The position numbers and the translations under genes were made by a program. DNA of 64,000 nucleotides, taken from NCBI GenBank assembly GCA_016185545.1, contig JACPNJ010000005.1, positions 4,549-68,548 of the forward strand, written 5' to 3'. The notes below the pieces were generated by a model, which ran no database searches, had not been told where the DNA came from, and was given only the letters and a program-made list of their open reading frames with translations. Position 1 is the stretch's first letter, and each line of letters opens with the position of its first letter. Source of the DNA: Candidatus Yanofskybacteria bacterium (lineage in GTDB: Bacteria; Patescibacteriota; Minisyncoccia; 2-02-FULL-40-12; IGHO2-01-FULL-4-A). This document shows positions 11,916 through 22,643 of the stretch, in pieces.

Positions 11916-12025
11916 AAAAATTCGAATATCAAAATTCGAAATTCGAAACAAATTCGAAACGTTTTAAACATTCGAATTTTGGTCATTTGATATTGTTTCG
12001 GATTTCGTGATTCGGATTCCGAGTT
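11916..12025. repeat. AATTCGA/TTCGGAT heptamer hairpin element (intergenic copy)
   Basis: aaattcgaatatcaaaattcgaaattcgaaacaaat...gtttcggatttcgtgattcggatt. A close relative lies in frame in uvrC at 25926-26025. Confidence 0.75.
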
Positions 12026-12059
12026 TTATTAGAAATTAGAAATTAAGCAATTATCGAAT

Positions 12060-12347
12060 TCATTCGATAATTGCAAGTATATTCTCCTCTTTAGCTATCA
12101 AATACTCTTTACCGTCGATCTTAATTTCATCTGGTCCGTATTTGGTAAATAAAACCTTATCGCCTTTTTTAACATTCAACGATACTTTTTTGCCGTTTTC
12201 ATCTATGCGTCCCGAGCCCACGGCGATCACACGGCCTTTTTCTGGCCGCTCTTTATCAATAGTTTCGGGCAATATTATTCCGCCCTTCTTTTTTTCTTCA
12301 TAGAGCGGCTCTATCAGAACACGATCAGCTAACGGTTTAATACGCAT
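12060..12347 (-). CDS. groS: Co-chaperonin GroES
   Basis: IKPLADRVLIEP, GGIILP, GRVIAVGSG and KKGDKVLFTKYG. Confidence 0.98.
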   Translation of the reverse strand: MRIKPLADRVLIEPLYEEKKKGGIILPETIDKERPEKGRVIAVGSGRIDENGKKVSLNVKKGDKVLFTKYGPDEIKIDGKEYLIAKEENILAIIE

Positions 12348-12434
12348 ACAAATAAGGTGCTAGGGACTAGGGACTAGTTGCTAGCTTTAAATCCGAAACC
12401 TAGAACCTAAAACCTAAAACCTAGAACCTGGTTT

Positions 12435-12461
12435 TTAGCACTTTCAGCCCAAGAGTGCCAA
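12435..12461. promoter_or_regulatory. CIRCE element (HrcA operator)
   Basis: TTAGCACTT-N9-GAGTGCCAA matches the TTAGCACTC-N9-GAGTGCTAA consensus and lies directly upstream of groES. Confidence 0.88.
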
Positions 12462-12513
12462 TACACCATATTTGCAAAAAACAAAAACCCCGTCAAGAGC
12501 GGGGCTTGTGGCA

Positions 12514-14340
12514 TCAAAAAGGCCAAAACTTCCTTTTTTTCTTCTGTTGCGTCTGTTGGGATTCGGTTTGGGGCGGCATCAATGTTAAAACCAAATACTT
12601 GTTTCCTTTTATCAAATAATTTTTGCTTGGCAGGTTAATTTTAGACAAAATTTCTATAATTGGCGCTTTAGTCGGTTGAGCTTTCCAGCCGTCGGTTAAA
12701 TTATTACTGTCCATTTTTTCCATACCTTCTTTATTCGATATTACGGCCGGCGTTTTATTTCCATCGAGTGTCGGCGCTATTTTCGTTAATAGCGGAGTAT
12801 CCGGATCACTGCCATATCCACTGCCCAAAGAAATAACTAGCGCGGTCAGTTTATCGGGTTTTGGAATGTCTTCTCCATCCATAAAATACAAATAGAGCGC
12901 GTTTCTATCAGATACGCTGTTAAGCAAATTAACCGTACTTCCGTTTGAGCCCAAGCCGGATAAAATTTTAGAAGCGATTTCGCCGCCGTTAGCAATTCCC
13001 AGTTTTTTACCAAGATATTTTTTATCAACAGTTATATTGAAAGTATTCGTAAAAAATTCTCCGTTTCCAGCAAGTAAATTGATTTTTAAATCAAGGCCAT
13101 TCTTATTTTCCGTTATGCTTTCTATTTCTGCCTTTTTAAATTCAAGGATTTCATATTTTGGCCGGGCGCTTAATATCACCGCAATGTTTTTAATGTTTGA
13201 GATTACCGCGCTTTTGCTGAAAGTATCAATTAAGTCACCAACGGCCGATAATTCTTCGGAAGAACCAGCAAAATAAATTTGCGTCAAACCGGAGATGTCT
13301 ATACGAACTTGGGCCTCAGTATCCAATACATTATCAATTAAACGTTCCGTGCCGGATAATGTTCTGGAAATATTCGTGCCCATATTCGGCGTATAAGCAA
13401 AGAGATATTCTCTTGTCAAAGTCCCTCTAAAATTATTTTCTATGCTTATTGTCAACGGGATAAACGGCGGTGTTACCCCAAATTTTGCGACTTGACCAAA
13501 TGGGCTATTAAAAATTACCGTTCCCAGCATTGGCCCAGTTTTTTTCAATAATTTTTGTGATAATGCAAAGCTTGGCATTGTGGTTATGACCTCGGCCTTC
13601 CAGAAAGGAACACTCACGATGCCGCTTTGACTCAATCCCGAATGTCCAAGAGAATAGAAAATCCCTGAGTTTTTAGAATCAACCAAAGTTACGGTACCGC
13701 CAGGGCCGATACAAAAATCAGAATTGTCATCCCAAACTTCACAAGCCATGTAACTTTCCCCGGCTTTTAGTTGGCGCACATTATGGGGCATGGCAAAGCC
13801 CTTTCTAAAAAATCCCGCATTCGGTAAACTATCTAAAAAATTATTTAAAGAATCCAAAGCGGTAGTTCTAAAATTAACCATTAGTTCGATAGGTGTAACT
13901 AGGGCTTGGGGCTTTTTCAAAAACTGGCCTGTTATTGCTAATGCCCCGATTATTTTATCATCAATGTAAAGTGGACTGCCTGACATACCGCCGAAAACAT
14001 TGCCGTCTTTGATAATTTCCACGCCATTTTCATCCGTTGGGCCGCCGGATAGAGTTACGACGAAGTATTTGGCAAAACCAAAATCCAAGATTCCCGAAAC
14101 CTTAAAATTAAATCTCTCGGGTTCTTCGCCCCTAAAAACCGTCAAGCCATAACCCATATCGCCGCGCTTAATTTGATTAAATGGCAAAATTTCTTGTGCA
14201 TTCGCCGCTTCCAAAAAAGGTAAAAGAATAATTAAGAATACTAACAAAAAAAATATACCGAAACGAAATAAACTTGTCCGAATAGACATCGGCTCATGCA
14301 CGGGCGACCAGAATCTCAAAAAACGGCCAAATTGCGACAT
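12514..14340 (-). CDS. SpoIVB/S55-like serine peptidase domain protein, exported
   Basis: N-terminal TM; GMGYGLTVFRG-like region (IKRGDMGYGLTVFRG), GGMSGSPLYIDDKIIGAL and GTVT...YSLGH. Confidence 0.7.
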   Translation of the reverse strand: MSQFGRFLRFWSPVHEPMSIRTSLFRFGIFFLLVFLIILLPFLEAANAQEILPFNQIKRGDMGYGLTVFRGEEPERFNFKVSGILDFGFAKYFVVTLSGGPTDENGVEIIKDGNVFGGMSGSPLYIDDKIIGALAITGQFLKKPQALVTPIELMVNFRTTALDSLNNFLDSLPNAGFFRKGFAMPHNVRQLKAGESYMACEVWDDNSDFCIGPGGTVTLVDSKNSGIFYSLGHSGLSQSGIVSVPFWKAEVITTMPSFALSQKLLKKTGPMLGTVIFNSPFGQVAKFGVTPPFIPLTISIENNFRGTLTREYLFAYTPNMGTNISRTLSGTERLIDNVLDTEAQVRIDISGLTQIYFAGSSEELSAVGDLIDTFSKSAVISNIKNIAVILSARPKYEILEFKKAEIESITENKNGLDLKINLLAGNGEFFTNTFNITVDKKYLGKKLGIANGGEIASKILSGLGSNGSTVNLLNSVSDRNALYLYFMDGEDIPKPDKLTALVISLGSGYGSDPDTPLLTKIAPTLDGNKTPAVISNKEGMEKMDSNNLTDGWKAQPTKAPIIEILSKINLPSKNYLIKGNKYLVLTLMPPQTESQQTQQKKKRKFWPF

Positions 14341-14417
14341 AAAAACTCCCTTAAAATTTAAATGTACTTTATTAATAGACTACTCTTGAAAGAAATTTTT
14401 GTCCAATTTCGGAGAAT

Positions 14418-15419
14418 CTACTGCGTGGTCAACCCGGAGTCTTTTTCTATTGCCAGTTGTGGTAAATTTAGTTTTAGCATTCGCTCGTTGTAATCCTTAA
14501 TTATTCGCATCTCTATTGAATGCGGATGAAATTCCAGCTGTTCATCAGTAAAAATCACACGCCCGCCAGTCTGATGACTCACGGGGTTGTGCGCGATGCG
14601 CCGCGATTGATAATGGCCAAACCATTTTTCCAAAACTCTAGCAATGCCGAAGTTATCAAGTAACCATTCAGTCAACTTCACCAAGAATTGAGAAGTTGAG
14701 CTTCTCAAACGAAGCTCAACTTCTTTATTTTCAATATCCCACTCGCAAACATAATCAAGCACCCAACCATTGGCTTTCTTGAAGTCATCTATTAATTCAC
14801 TATCACTGACAAAAATTGGCACGAGATTGGCATAGGTTTGGGCATTATAAATACTTTTGTGGGGAATACTCAGCGATTTATCTGTTATGTAATGGTTGAG
14901 GCAGATTTTATTAGGCGCAATCTTGTCATTGCCACGGCGACGCACGCGCAGGAGTGATAATAAGCCGGTTATGAAAAAGCGTGTCAGCCAGATTCGGCCA
15001 TGTTTAATAATGACTAAAACGTCCAGGTCGCTTAGCTCATCCATATTTCTCATGGCTAATGACCCTGAAGCAAAAACCACTTTTACATATGGTACTAAGT
15101 GTAGCCACCAAACGGCACGCTTGGTAATCTGCCATTTTCGTTGAGCGATTTTTTCACGCTTTATTCGCAATGGCACCAGATATTCCCGGTCAAATAGAAA
15201 ATAGTAACCCTCGCGTAAGCCAATGACTCCCTCCAAAATTAATTGGTCAAGTTCTCGAGAGACAGTGGACAGTGGACAGTAGACAGTGGACAGTAGGCTA
15301 ATGCCTAGATGTTGAAAATTTATCAAGTAATTAAAAACTTCTTCCATTTTCAACGGGAAATCAAAAACATCGTAATAGGTAAGGGTTGCCAGGATATTTT
15401 TTTTAAATTCGGACACCAT
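14418..15419 (-). CDS. Nucleotidyltransferase-fold protein
   Basis: ASGSLA...SDLDVLVII is a Pol-beta GS/DxD motif. Carries two repeat-derived insertions. Confidence 0.65.
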   Translation of the reverse strand: MVSEFKKNILATLTYYDVFDFPLKMEEVFNYLINFQHLGISLLSTVYCPLSTVSRELDQLILEGVIGLREGYYFLFDREYLVPLRIKREKIAQRKWQITKRAVWWLHLVPYVKVVFASGSLAMRNMDELSDLDVLVIIKHGRIWLTRFFITGLLSLLRVRRRGNDKIAPNKICLNHYITDKSLSIPHKSIYNAQTYANLVPIFVSDSELIDDFKKANGWVLDYVCEWDIENKEVELRLRSSTSQFLVKLTEWLLDNFGIARVLEKWFGHYQSRRIAHNPVSHQTGGRVIFTDEQLEFHPHSIEMRIIKDYNERMLKLNLPQLAIEKDSGLTTQ

Positions 15420-15561
15420 TAAAACATTAGCAAATATGCGTTACAAAAACAAAAACTGTTTTAGCGAGTAATCCGATCCTGTTTTTGGAATCAAATTAAA
15501 AAGCCCGCTATTTGCGGACTTGTTATCTAATCACTAAGGGACTAATCACCATAAACTAGTT

Positions 15562-15846
15562 TCAGCTCTGGCACTTGGGCTTGCATTCGCACATATATCT
15601 TTTACAGTGGTTAGTGCATTTGGGGTCTTCACCTTGCGGTTTGCAGTTAGGATATTTTGGGTCATTTGGATTGGCATTTCCCCAGCATGTGCAGTTGGGT
15701 TTCTGGCCGTCTTTTGTAAAATTATGACATTTGGCCTTTCCATCCTGTGGCGGAGTGGGCGCCGGTCCTTCTTGGGAAAGAGCCAGACCAAAGAAAAGAA
15801 ATGAAGCCGCAACCAAAATCAAAGTTTGCCGTTTAGCATGTTTCAT
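15562..15846 (-). CDS. Small secreted cysteine-rich protein
   Basis: SD (AGGAGG) upstream, signal peptide, and 9 Cys in about 55 aa. Confidence 0.65.
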   Translation of the reverse strand: MKHAKRQTLILVAASFLFFGLALSQEGPAPTPPQDGKAKCHNFTKDGQKPNCTCWGNANPNDPKYPNCKPQGEDPKCTNHCKRYMCECKPKCQS

Positions 15847-15926
15847 ACATCCTCCTTTTTGTAAAAGAAACTATTGAAATAAGTTTAGCAATACCCGGCT
15901 GCCTGGTCAAATCGCTGGTGGGTAAA

Positions 15927-17033
15927 TCAAATCCTCCAAATCGTTATCAGCAACAACATTATTGCTGGTATGGCCAGTATTTCCCACCAGATATCCCGGC
16001 TCTCGTCTGAAGCAACCAGGCGTGGCGAGAAATTACGATTTGAATTTACGGTATTTTTAAGAAAATTCTGCGCATCGCGGACGCTAGCGGCAGAATCAAT
16101 AACATATGACTCTCCGCCGGTTTTGGCGGCAATTTCATTGAGCGCTCGCATTTCGAGTTTTGTTTCAGCAGCTTTTTTAGTTTCTTTAACTGTTTTATCC
16201 GGATTCTTGGGGTCGTAGGCTTCTATGATGATTTTTTTGCTTCCTTGGGTACCAATGCCAACTGAATAAATTTTTATTTTTCTTTTTTTTAATTCTTCAA
16301 TCCCCAATCTAAGGTCAGCGCTTTCCGTATCGTGGCCATCGCTGAATAAAAACACAATCCTGTTATTTTTAAACCAAGGAATTCCTAACATCTTGGCTTT
16401 TTTTTCAAAAAAACTGTCTTTATCTATAACTTTGGATATATATTCAATCGTATTTGCAAGGTTCGTGTTCAGTTGCGAATCTTCCCAATAAACCTGAGGG
16501 TGCGAGACTTCCATGATTTGAGACCTGAAAATGTTAAAATCTTCAGAAAACGGCATTCGCCAAAAAGAATGGGTTCCAAAAACTAATAAAGTTACACGAT
16601 CCCCGGTTCCCATTGTTTTGCTATCAATAAATTCAGCAATTACCGATTTTATGACATCCAGCCGTGTTTTGCCGTCTATATCATCGACTTTTGTTGAAAA
16701 TGAACTGTCAATTATAAACCCGACATCTATACTGCCGCCGGGAATTAATTTCATTCCTTTGTTTATTTTTGGACCAGCCAGAGCGACCACTGATAAAGTG
16801 CAAATCATCAGTGCCGCGACCCAGACAGCATCTTTACCGAAAAGTCGGTATCTGGAATATTTAGATTTGGGCGGACGATTAATTAACTTTATAACCAAGA
16901 TAAGTATCAGTACTGCGGCAAGGGCCCATATGATGTTCAAAAAAATAAAATAAACCGGCTCTGAAAAATACAAATTTTCAAACCAATGCCTGATACTGCT
17001 GTTCATCATGCGGCTACCCCCCTCTTTTGGCAT
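15927..17033 (-). CDS. vWA-domain membrane protein (BatB/MxaL-like)
   Basis: Two N-terminal TMs, IDSSFS MIDAS, FSDG, IYSVGIG and a C-terminal TM. Confidence 0.8.
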   Translation of the reverse strand: MPKEGGSRMMNSSIRHWFENLYFSEPVYFIFLNIIWALAAVLILILVIKLINRPPKSKYSRYRLFGKDAVWVAALMICTLSVVALAGPKINKGMKLIPGGSIDVGFIIDSSFSTKVDDIDGKTRLDVIKSVIAEFIDSKTMGTGDRVTLLVFGTHSFWRMPFSEDFNIFRSQIMEVSHPQVYWEDSQLNTNLANTIEYISKVIDKDSFFEKKAKMLGIPWFKNNRIVFLFSDGHDTESADLRLGIEELKKRKIKIYSVGIGTQGSKKIIIEAYDPKNPDKTVKETKKAAETKLEMRALNEIAAKTGGESYVIDSAASVRDAQNFLKNTVNSNRNFSPRLVASDESRDIWWEILAIPAIMLLLITIWRI

Positions 17034-17775
17034 CCGGGTTTGGGCTTTGGCTTGGCTTATCGCCGCCTTTTTTATCCAAATCCAGAGTTCCTTTGCCTTC
17101 GGGACCCTCGCCTTTATCGCCTTTCGGTCCTTTGTCTTTGCCGCCTTCGCCTAAAACAACTTTGATTTTGATGGGTTTAGGGCCGAGAGCGCGAGCCATA
17201 GCCGATGGGTCGGCAGTAAGGTCGTAATTCCATTTCGGCGGAAGGGTTGAAGCGGGATCGTTTTTAATAACCCACTCATAGTCATCTTTGGTTGAAGCTG
17301 CCATTTCTATGGACTGTTTCTGATCGGCTGTTCTGGTTTTTTCATCTTTATTTTTATCCAGTGATTTCTCAAAAATACCTTGAGCGATTCGCCATCTGCA
17401 GTTGGCTCGCATATAACGTCCCCAATAACTGTCATCATCTTTGAGTTCATTCAGTATTTTTTCACATCTACCATGACCGGTTAAGTAATCATAAGCAGAT
17501 TGGTAATGTTGAGCGTTTTTGAAAAAACGTTCATTAATCACACCGTCTAGTCCCAACGGTCGGAGTTTCTTATTGAGTTCGTAAAAATATTGAAGGTTTT
17601 GCAGGTAATCTCTGGCGGCTAATTGGTCGCTGCGGGTAATCGCGCCGCTAAAAGCGTCCTGGGTTTCATAAAATTGGCTGACCCTGTAAAAAACAATGGT
17701 CAATAAAGAAAAAACAGCCAATACGATAACTGCCAAGAAAACACGGGGAATCGTAAACCATTTTGCTTTTTCCAC
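17014..17775 (-). CDS. TM-anchored TPR-like protein (BatC/MxaK-like)
   Basis: N-terminal TM, helical body, KWNYDL and a G/K/D-rich tail; lies within the MoxR cluster. Confidence 0.5.
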   Translation of the reverse strand: MEKAKWFTIPRVFLAVIVLAVFSLLTIVFYRVSQFYETQDAFSGAITRSDQLAARDYLQNLQYFYELNKKLRPLGLDGVINERFFKNAQHYQSAYDYLTGHGRCEKILNELKDDDSYWGRYMRANCRWRIAQGIFEKSLDKNKDEKTRTADQKQSIEMAASTKDDYEWVIKNDPASTLPPKWNYDLTADPSAMARALGPKPIKIKVVLGEGGKDKGPKGDKGEGPEGKGTLDLDKKGGDKPSQSPNPDAKRGG

Positions 17776-17973
17776 GGTTTGTCTCCTTTGGGCGACCCGA
17801 TCTGTGGTTTAGCCCTTCCATTCAATTGTAAAAGTCCTTTGCTGTCAGGCTATAACCAAATAAAACATTTGTCCACCCCGTACGAGGCAGAGGCACGCTG
17901 TATGCCCTCGCGGCCTCGTTCGGGGTCCAGCATATTATTGGCAGGAAATTAAAAAGCAGCTTTTGCTGCTTAT

Positions 17974-19152
17974 TTAAACTACCCTGTGGAATTTCAAAAA
18001 TATCACTCTAGCCAGAATTGCAAGGGTGTAGAGCAAAAACGAAGCAACTAACGGCAGACGGTAAATGTGCTGTTCGGTGGTGTAGTTTTTGACTTCTACG
18101 ACTGCGGCGTGAAGGCGGTCAAGCCGCTGGCGTATTTGGTCCAGTGATGAACGATTGGTTGCGATAAAATATTCACCGCCGTATTGCTTTACTTGTTTTA
18201 ACAATTGTTCCGGCAGTTTTAGTTGCGGCGAATTTTCGCCGTGAATCTTTTTTTCTGATTCTTTATCGGGATCAATAAACACCAGATATGGAGTAATACC
18301 CCGCTTTTTCAGTTCCTTAAACTTCGTCTCAGGGTCGCGGTCGGACGCGCCGTCAGTCGCAATTATGACTGATCTTCTTTTAATGGATGGATTCTTTTTA
18401 GCTTCTTCGGTAATTTTGGGATCGCCTTTTTCGTCAAAAAGCTTGATAACTGTCCCGAGTCCTAGAAAAAGATCGGACTCGCCGCCAAACAGCTCCGGCA
18501 TAAAGTCGTTAACAATAAAAATCCCCTTGTACATTTCGATTGTCGGCGTAGCAGGATCAGCAATGACTAATGGGCCGTCATCTACATTAAAAAGAAAACC
18601 CTTAACATCTGTCGTAAAATCCGCAACACGGTATGGATTGGTTGCGTAAATTATAAAAGCGGCCCTGTCATTTTTATCCTTGCGTTCGGCAATAAGCTTC
18701 AAAATGAAATCTCGTATAATTTCGGCTCTGCTTATTTGCTGGTTTTTAAACTTAAAACCCATTGAAGCCGAAACGTCTTCAAGATAGATAATTTCCCGCG
18801 ATTGTGTGGATTTATTCTGATGGCTCGACAAGACATATGGGTCAGCAATTGCAATCAGAAGTAATCCTGATGCTAAAACAACAAACATTATCGGGATAAA
18901 TCCCAAAATCTTGTACCAGAATCCCGGCTTATCCCGCTGTTTAAAATAGTGACCGGAGTGTTCATAAAAACTCTTTTCGTGTTCCGGATGAAAATAACGC
19001 CACAAGATTTTTAGCAAAAAGGCCGCTCCCAGCAGTATCGCGGCCCAGATTGCAAAACCCGCCTGCTTAAATTGAACCGCCGACCAATCGGTATTAAAAA
19101 AATTGGCCAGATTAAATTCAATCAGCTCACGAAGTGTGCCTAGTAAGTTCAT
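17974..19152 (-). CDS. vWA-domain membrane protein (BatA/MxaC-like)
   Basis: LLIAIADP, EDVSASM MIDAS, IATDG and a C-terminal TM. Confidence 0.8.
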   Translation of the reverse strand: MNLLGTLRELIEFNLANFFNTDWSAVQFKQAGFAIWAAILLGAAFLLKILWRYFHPEHEKSFYEHSGHYFKQRDKPGFWYKILGFIPIMFVVLASGLLLIAIADPYVLSSHQNKSTQSREIIYLEDVSASMGFKFKNQQISRAEIIRDFILKLIAERKDKNDRAAFIIYATNPYRVADFTTDVKGFLFNVDDGPLVIADPATPTIEMYKGIFIVNDFMPELFGGESDLFLGLGTVIKLFDEKGDPKITEEAKKNPSIKRRSVIIATDGASDRDPETKFKELKKRGITPYLVFIDPDKESEKKIHGENSPQLKLPEQLLKQVKQYGGEYFIATNRSSLDQIRQRLDRLHAAVVEVKNYTTEQHIYRLPLVASFLLYTLAILARVIFLKFHRVV

Positions 19153-20258
19153 CTGGCCCTCCGTGGTAATTTAGTAAACCACGCGGCTAATTTTTGCCAT
19201 CCCCGCTGTTTATTAAACAGCCAAATTTTCCAATCATCCAAATCGTCGACGTATTTCCTCATGGTAATTATTTCATTGGTTAGGCCGCTCTTGTTTTCTT
19301 CATGATGCAAAATATTTTCATGATATTCCAACCAGTTAGTTAGAATGACCAGCAATTCCCTTCCTCTTTCTTCTGATATTAGCGAAATCTTGCCTTTGAT
19401 TTCCTCGTAGGTAAACTCGCCCCTCCTAAGATCGGGAATATACAGTAAGAAAAACTTGCGTAGTTCATTACAAATTGCAGCTCTTGTTTCGCGTAATATT
19501 TGGTTGTCAGAATTTTCCGCAAGGCCCGCTTGCAACCAGAAAAGTTTATTGCTCAAGAATATCCGGGCGTATTTGGGCGCAAGCTGCTCTTCCTGTTCGT
19601 GGATTGCCTGGCCAGTAGTTTTTGTTTTGCCCGTTTTTCTTGCGGCATAGATAGCCGGCTTCCTAAACAGCCAAAAAAGAATCATGCTCGTGAGCAAGGC
19701 TAATCCGCCGATTAAACCTTTCCACAAATTTTCTTGACCCCTAAATGACCCAAAATCTACCCTATCCATAATATCATCGGCACCCTTGGTCAGAACGCTA
19801 TCATAGCGCAATATAATGCCGGGGGCTTTGACTTCTTTGGCTTCCGCTCCCTCATCAGACCTGCCCGGTTCTTGTTTTATGTAGTGAAAGGTCTGTTCAG
19901 AAATTTCTACTTCGCCTTTCTTCTCGTCAATATATCTGAGGTAATAAACGAGATCGGCGTAGTTCTCCTTTTTATATTTGCGTTCATTTATTTTTATGAG
20001 TTTTCGGCCTTTAACCGGATCTAGTTCAAAATGGTCGCCAAAAGACATATCCTCCGGTTCGGCCATTTCAAAAAGCGGTTTATACCCATCCAGCCAGCGA
20101 ACGGTATATGTTAGTTTGATTTCTTCCCAATTAGTAAAAACTGTCCTGTTGCTTATTGGTTGGTCGATAATGACTGGCATTTCTTCCTGCGCCATAGCCT
20201 GAATAATTATCGCCAGCCAAATGGCAATTAGCAACGTGAATTTTTTATGCTTTCTCAT
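19149..20258 (-). CDS. Exported/membrane protein of the MoxR cluster (BatD/MxaA-like)
   Basis: Signal peptide, beta-rich domain and internal TM; position in operon. Confidence 0.5.
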   Translation of the reverse strand: MRKHKKFTLLIAIWLAIIIQAMAQEEMPVIIDQPISNRTVFTNWEEIKLTYTVRWLDGYKPLFEMAEPEDMSFGDHFELDPVKGRKLIKINERKYKKENYADLVYYLRYIDEKKGEVEISEQTFHYIKQEPGRSDEGAEAKEVKAPGIILRYDSVLTKGADDIMDRVDFGSFRGQENLWKGLIGGLALLTSMILFWLFRKPAIYAARKTGKTKTTGQAIHEQEEQLAPKYARIFLSNKLFWLQAGLAENSDNQILRETRAAICNELRKFFLLYIPDLRRGEFTYEEIKGKISLISEERGRELLVILTNWLEYHENILHHEENKSGLTNEIITMRKYVDDLDDWKIWLFNKQRGWQKLAAWFTKLPRRAR

Positions 20259-20433
20259 TGTCTTATTCCTTAATTGTCAAAGTCCTTTGTTGTAGCAAGA
20301 ATAAAACAGCTAATTTTCATAGTCAAGAGCTTCCCAAAATACAAAAGCAAGTTTTTGTATTTTGCTCATTCTCGGTAAAATAAAGCCCGACTAATAGTCG
20401 GGTTATTTAGACCCGCTCTTTTTAAGAGCGGCA

Positions 20434-21372
20434 CTATCTACGAACTGATTTTCTCTGGGATAAAAATTGAGCCAAATTATTAAAATGATCGCTAAAGTTT
20501 AGAACAACAGAGTCAACACCGGATCTTCCCAACTTTTCACGAAGTTCCTCGGTTTTTTTTAGAAATGTCCGTCTGACATCGGCTGCTCGGTCAGCTTTGA
20601 TTTTTTGGATAACGCCCGTCTCGGCATCCCGTACCGCAACTGTTCCTCTGCCACGTTGCCACAAGAATTCGTTGGGGTCGTCAAGAAATACGGCAATGAC
20701 ATTCCAGTTATGTTTGGCTGACAGAAACTCAAGCATCTGGTAATTAATCTCCGATTGGCCGCTGGTCACATCTATAAAATCAGAAAGTATTACTATGGAA
20801 CAATGGCGTTTGAGCCGTGCCGCTAAAAGTTCAAGAGCGGCGCTTAAATTTGATCTTCTTCTGCCAAATTTATTTTTTTTCTTCAATATCTCAAATTCTT
20901 CGGCCTTCTCAACAGCCAGTTTTACCGCATAAAATATCTGTCCGGAACCGAATTTGGGCGGCAAATAAAATTCAATGCCGTCAGAAACACAAAGTATTCC
21001 GACAGGATCATGAAAATAATTAGCGGCAAATCCCAACGCCCCGATGAGATGAAGCAGGAGTCTGAACTTATTTGCCTTTTGGTCAATTTCTACAAAAATG
21101 GAAGGTGAAATATCAACTACTAAAATTACAGGCGTACTTTTGAATTCCGGGTGTTCTAATTTATAAATCTTCTTGGGCCAACTAAGCAAACTTAATTGCC
21201 AGTCAATGTTGTCAACCGAATCTCCGTGGCGCCACTTGGTTATATCAAGTAAATCATAGCCCGCTCCTTGAAGCGGGCTTTTATGTTCCCCAATCTGTAT
21301 GTTACGGGCTTTACCGCGGTAAGTTTCCTGTTTTATTTGGATCAATTCTTCAAAAATTTCCCTTATTTCCAT
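20434..21372 (-). CDS. DUF58 family vWA-like protein
   Basis: GEHKSPLQGAGYDL, WRHGDSVDNIDW, VDISPS and ILSDF. Confidence 0.88.
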   Translation of the reverse strand: MEIREIFEELIQIKQETYRGKARNIQIGEHKSPLQGAGYDLLDITKWRHGDSVDNIDWQLSLLSWPKKIYKLEHPEFKSTPVILVVDISPSIFVEIDQKANKFRLLLHLIGALGFAANYFHDPVGILCVSDGIEFYLPPKFGSGQIFYAVKLAVEKAEEFEILKKKNKFGRRRSNLSAALELLAARLKRHCSIVILSDFIDVTSGQSEINYQMLEFLSAKHNWNVIAVFLDDPNEFLWQRGRGTVAVRDAETGVIQKIKADRAADVRRTFLKKTEELREKLGRSGVDSVVLNFSDHFNNLAQFLSQRKSVRR

Positions 21373-22505
21373 GGCGGTTTCTCCGTTTTTTTGAGAATCT
21401 CTTCAAAGACCTCTTCTTTCGTGGTTTTAAATTCTTTGCCCGGTTTAAGAATAAGCCGGTGAACGATAACATTTTTGGCTACAGCCTTGACATGTTCTGG
21501 TCTCACCTCATTGCTGCCGGCAAAAAACGTTTCGGACCGAGCTACGGCTTCAAGGTGATAATTGACTCTCGGACTTGCCCCTACTTGAACATATTCTTTT
21601 AAAAACCGACCCAACTCCGATTCCGTATCAGTTACCCTCGGATCGGGGTCGGTATTGCGCAGCAATTTAGTGATGTATTTATCTGCTAATGCGGACAACT
21701 TAATATTATGATGAATCCAATCGGCGCAAGCCGAGATTTCATACAAATCCGTTACCGGCTGAATGGACTTACCCTCAACATTTTCGGCTCTAATTTTGCG
21801 TTCTTCTTCCTCTGGCGGACGATCAATGGGAATAAACATTGAAATTCTGTCCAAAACAGCCATTGGATTGGGAAAGGCTCCTGCTTCATCGTCAAGAATA
21901 TTTTGCGTTAGCAAAACCATAAAAAATCGCTCGCCCTCCACATCGTCATACTTGCCGCTTAAAGGGAAAAGCGGCAATCTTTTCATGGCAAATTCTTCGG
22001 CCAGATACTCATTTTTCGGAGTAATTGAATGCTCTTCCATTGCTTCAATGAGCGCTGAGCCTGTTTGAGGACGCATTCTATTAGCTTCATCCACAAAAAA
22101 CAAATGATTAAAAATTGGTCCGGGCTTAAATTGAATAGTCCTATTTCCTTTTAAATCTTCAACTATAGTCGGAGAACCGATGATATCTTGGGGCATTAGG
22201 TCAGGAGTTCCCTGAATTCTTCTCTCCTGAGCCTTCACAGCAAAAGAAATTGATTGTATAAGAGCGGTTTTACCAATCCCGGTGGATCCGGCAAACATAA
22301 TATTGGGCGGAGCTAATTTCATTGAACGGGTTAATTTGTCATTGTAGGGCAAACGCATAAAAAGCGAGCGCACTAATAACTCCGCCGGTCTTTCCAAACC
22401 AAATAGCCATGTAGTGGTCTCGGCGCGGATTTTTTGTTCAATTTTTCGAATATAATTAGGGGTAATATCTTCACGCGCAATGACTGGGCGTTTGTTTTGT
22501 TCCAT
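21363..22505 (-). CDS. MoxR family AAA+ ATPase
   Basis: Walker A GSTGIGKT, RIQGTPDLMPQDIIG, Walker B FFVDEANR, GASPR and VIVHRL. Confidence 0.92.
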   Translation of the reverse strand: MEQNKRPVIAREDITPNYIRKIEQKIRAETTTWLFGLERPAELLVRSLFMRLPYNDKLTRSMKLAPPNIMFAGSTGIGKTALIQSISFAVKAQERRIQGTPDLMPQDIIGSPTIVEDLKGNRTIQFKPGPIFNHLFFVDEANRMRPQTGSALIEAMEEHSITPKNEYLAEEFAMKRLPLFPLSGKYDDVEGERFFMVLLTQNILDDEAGAFPNPMAVLDRISMFIPIDRPPEEEERKIRAENVEGKSIQPVTDLYEISACADWIHHNIKLSALADKYITKLLRNTDPDPRVTDTESELGRFLKEYVQVGASPRVNYHLEAVARSETFFAGSNEVRPEHVKAVAKNVIVHRLILKPGKEFKTTKEEVFEEILKKTEKPPWK

Positions 22506-22643
22506 GAATTTATCCTCAAAAATTATAAAAGTGCTTGATTAGCTGGATAGTAATTGAAACGATAAAACCAGTCAACCCACCCTTGAAAAATAAAACCTGA
22601 CCACGGGTCAGGAGATTTTAAAAATTATTTTTTAAGGGCGGGG

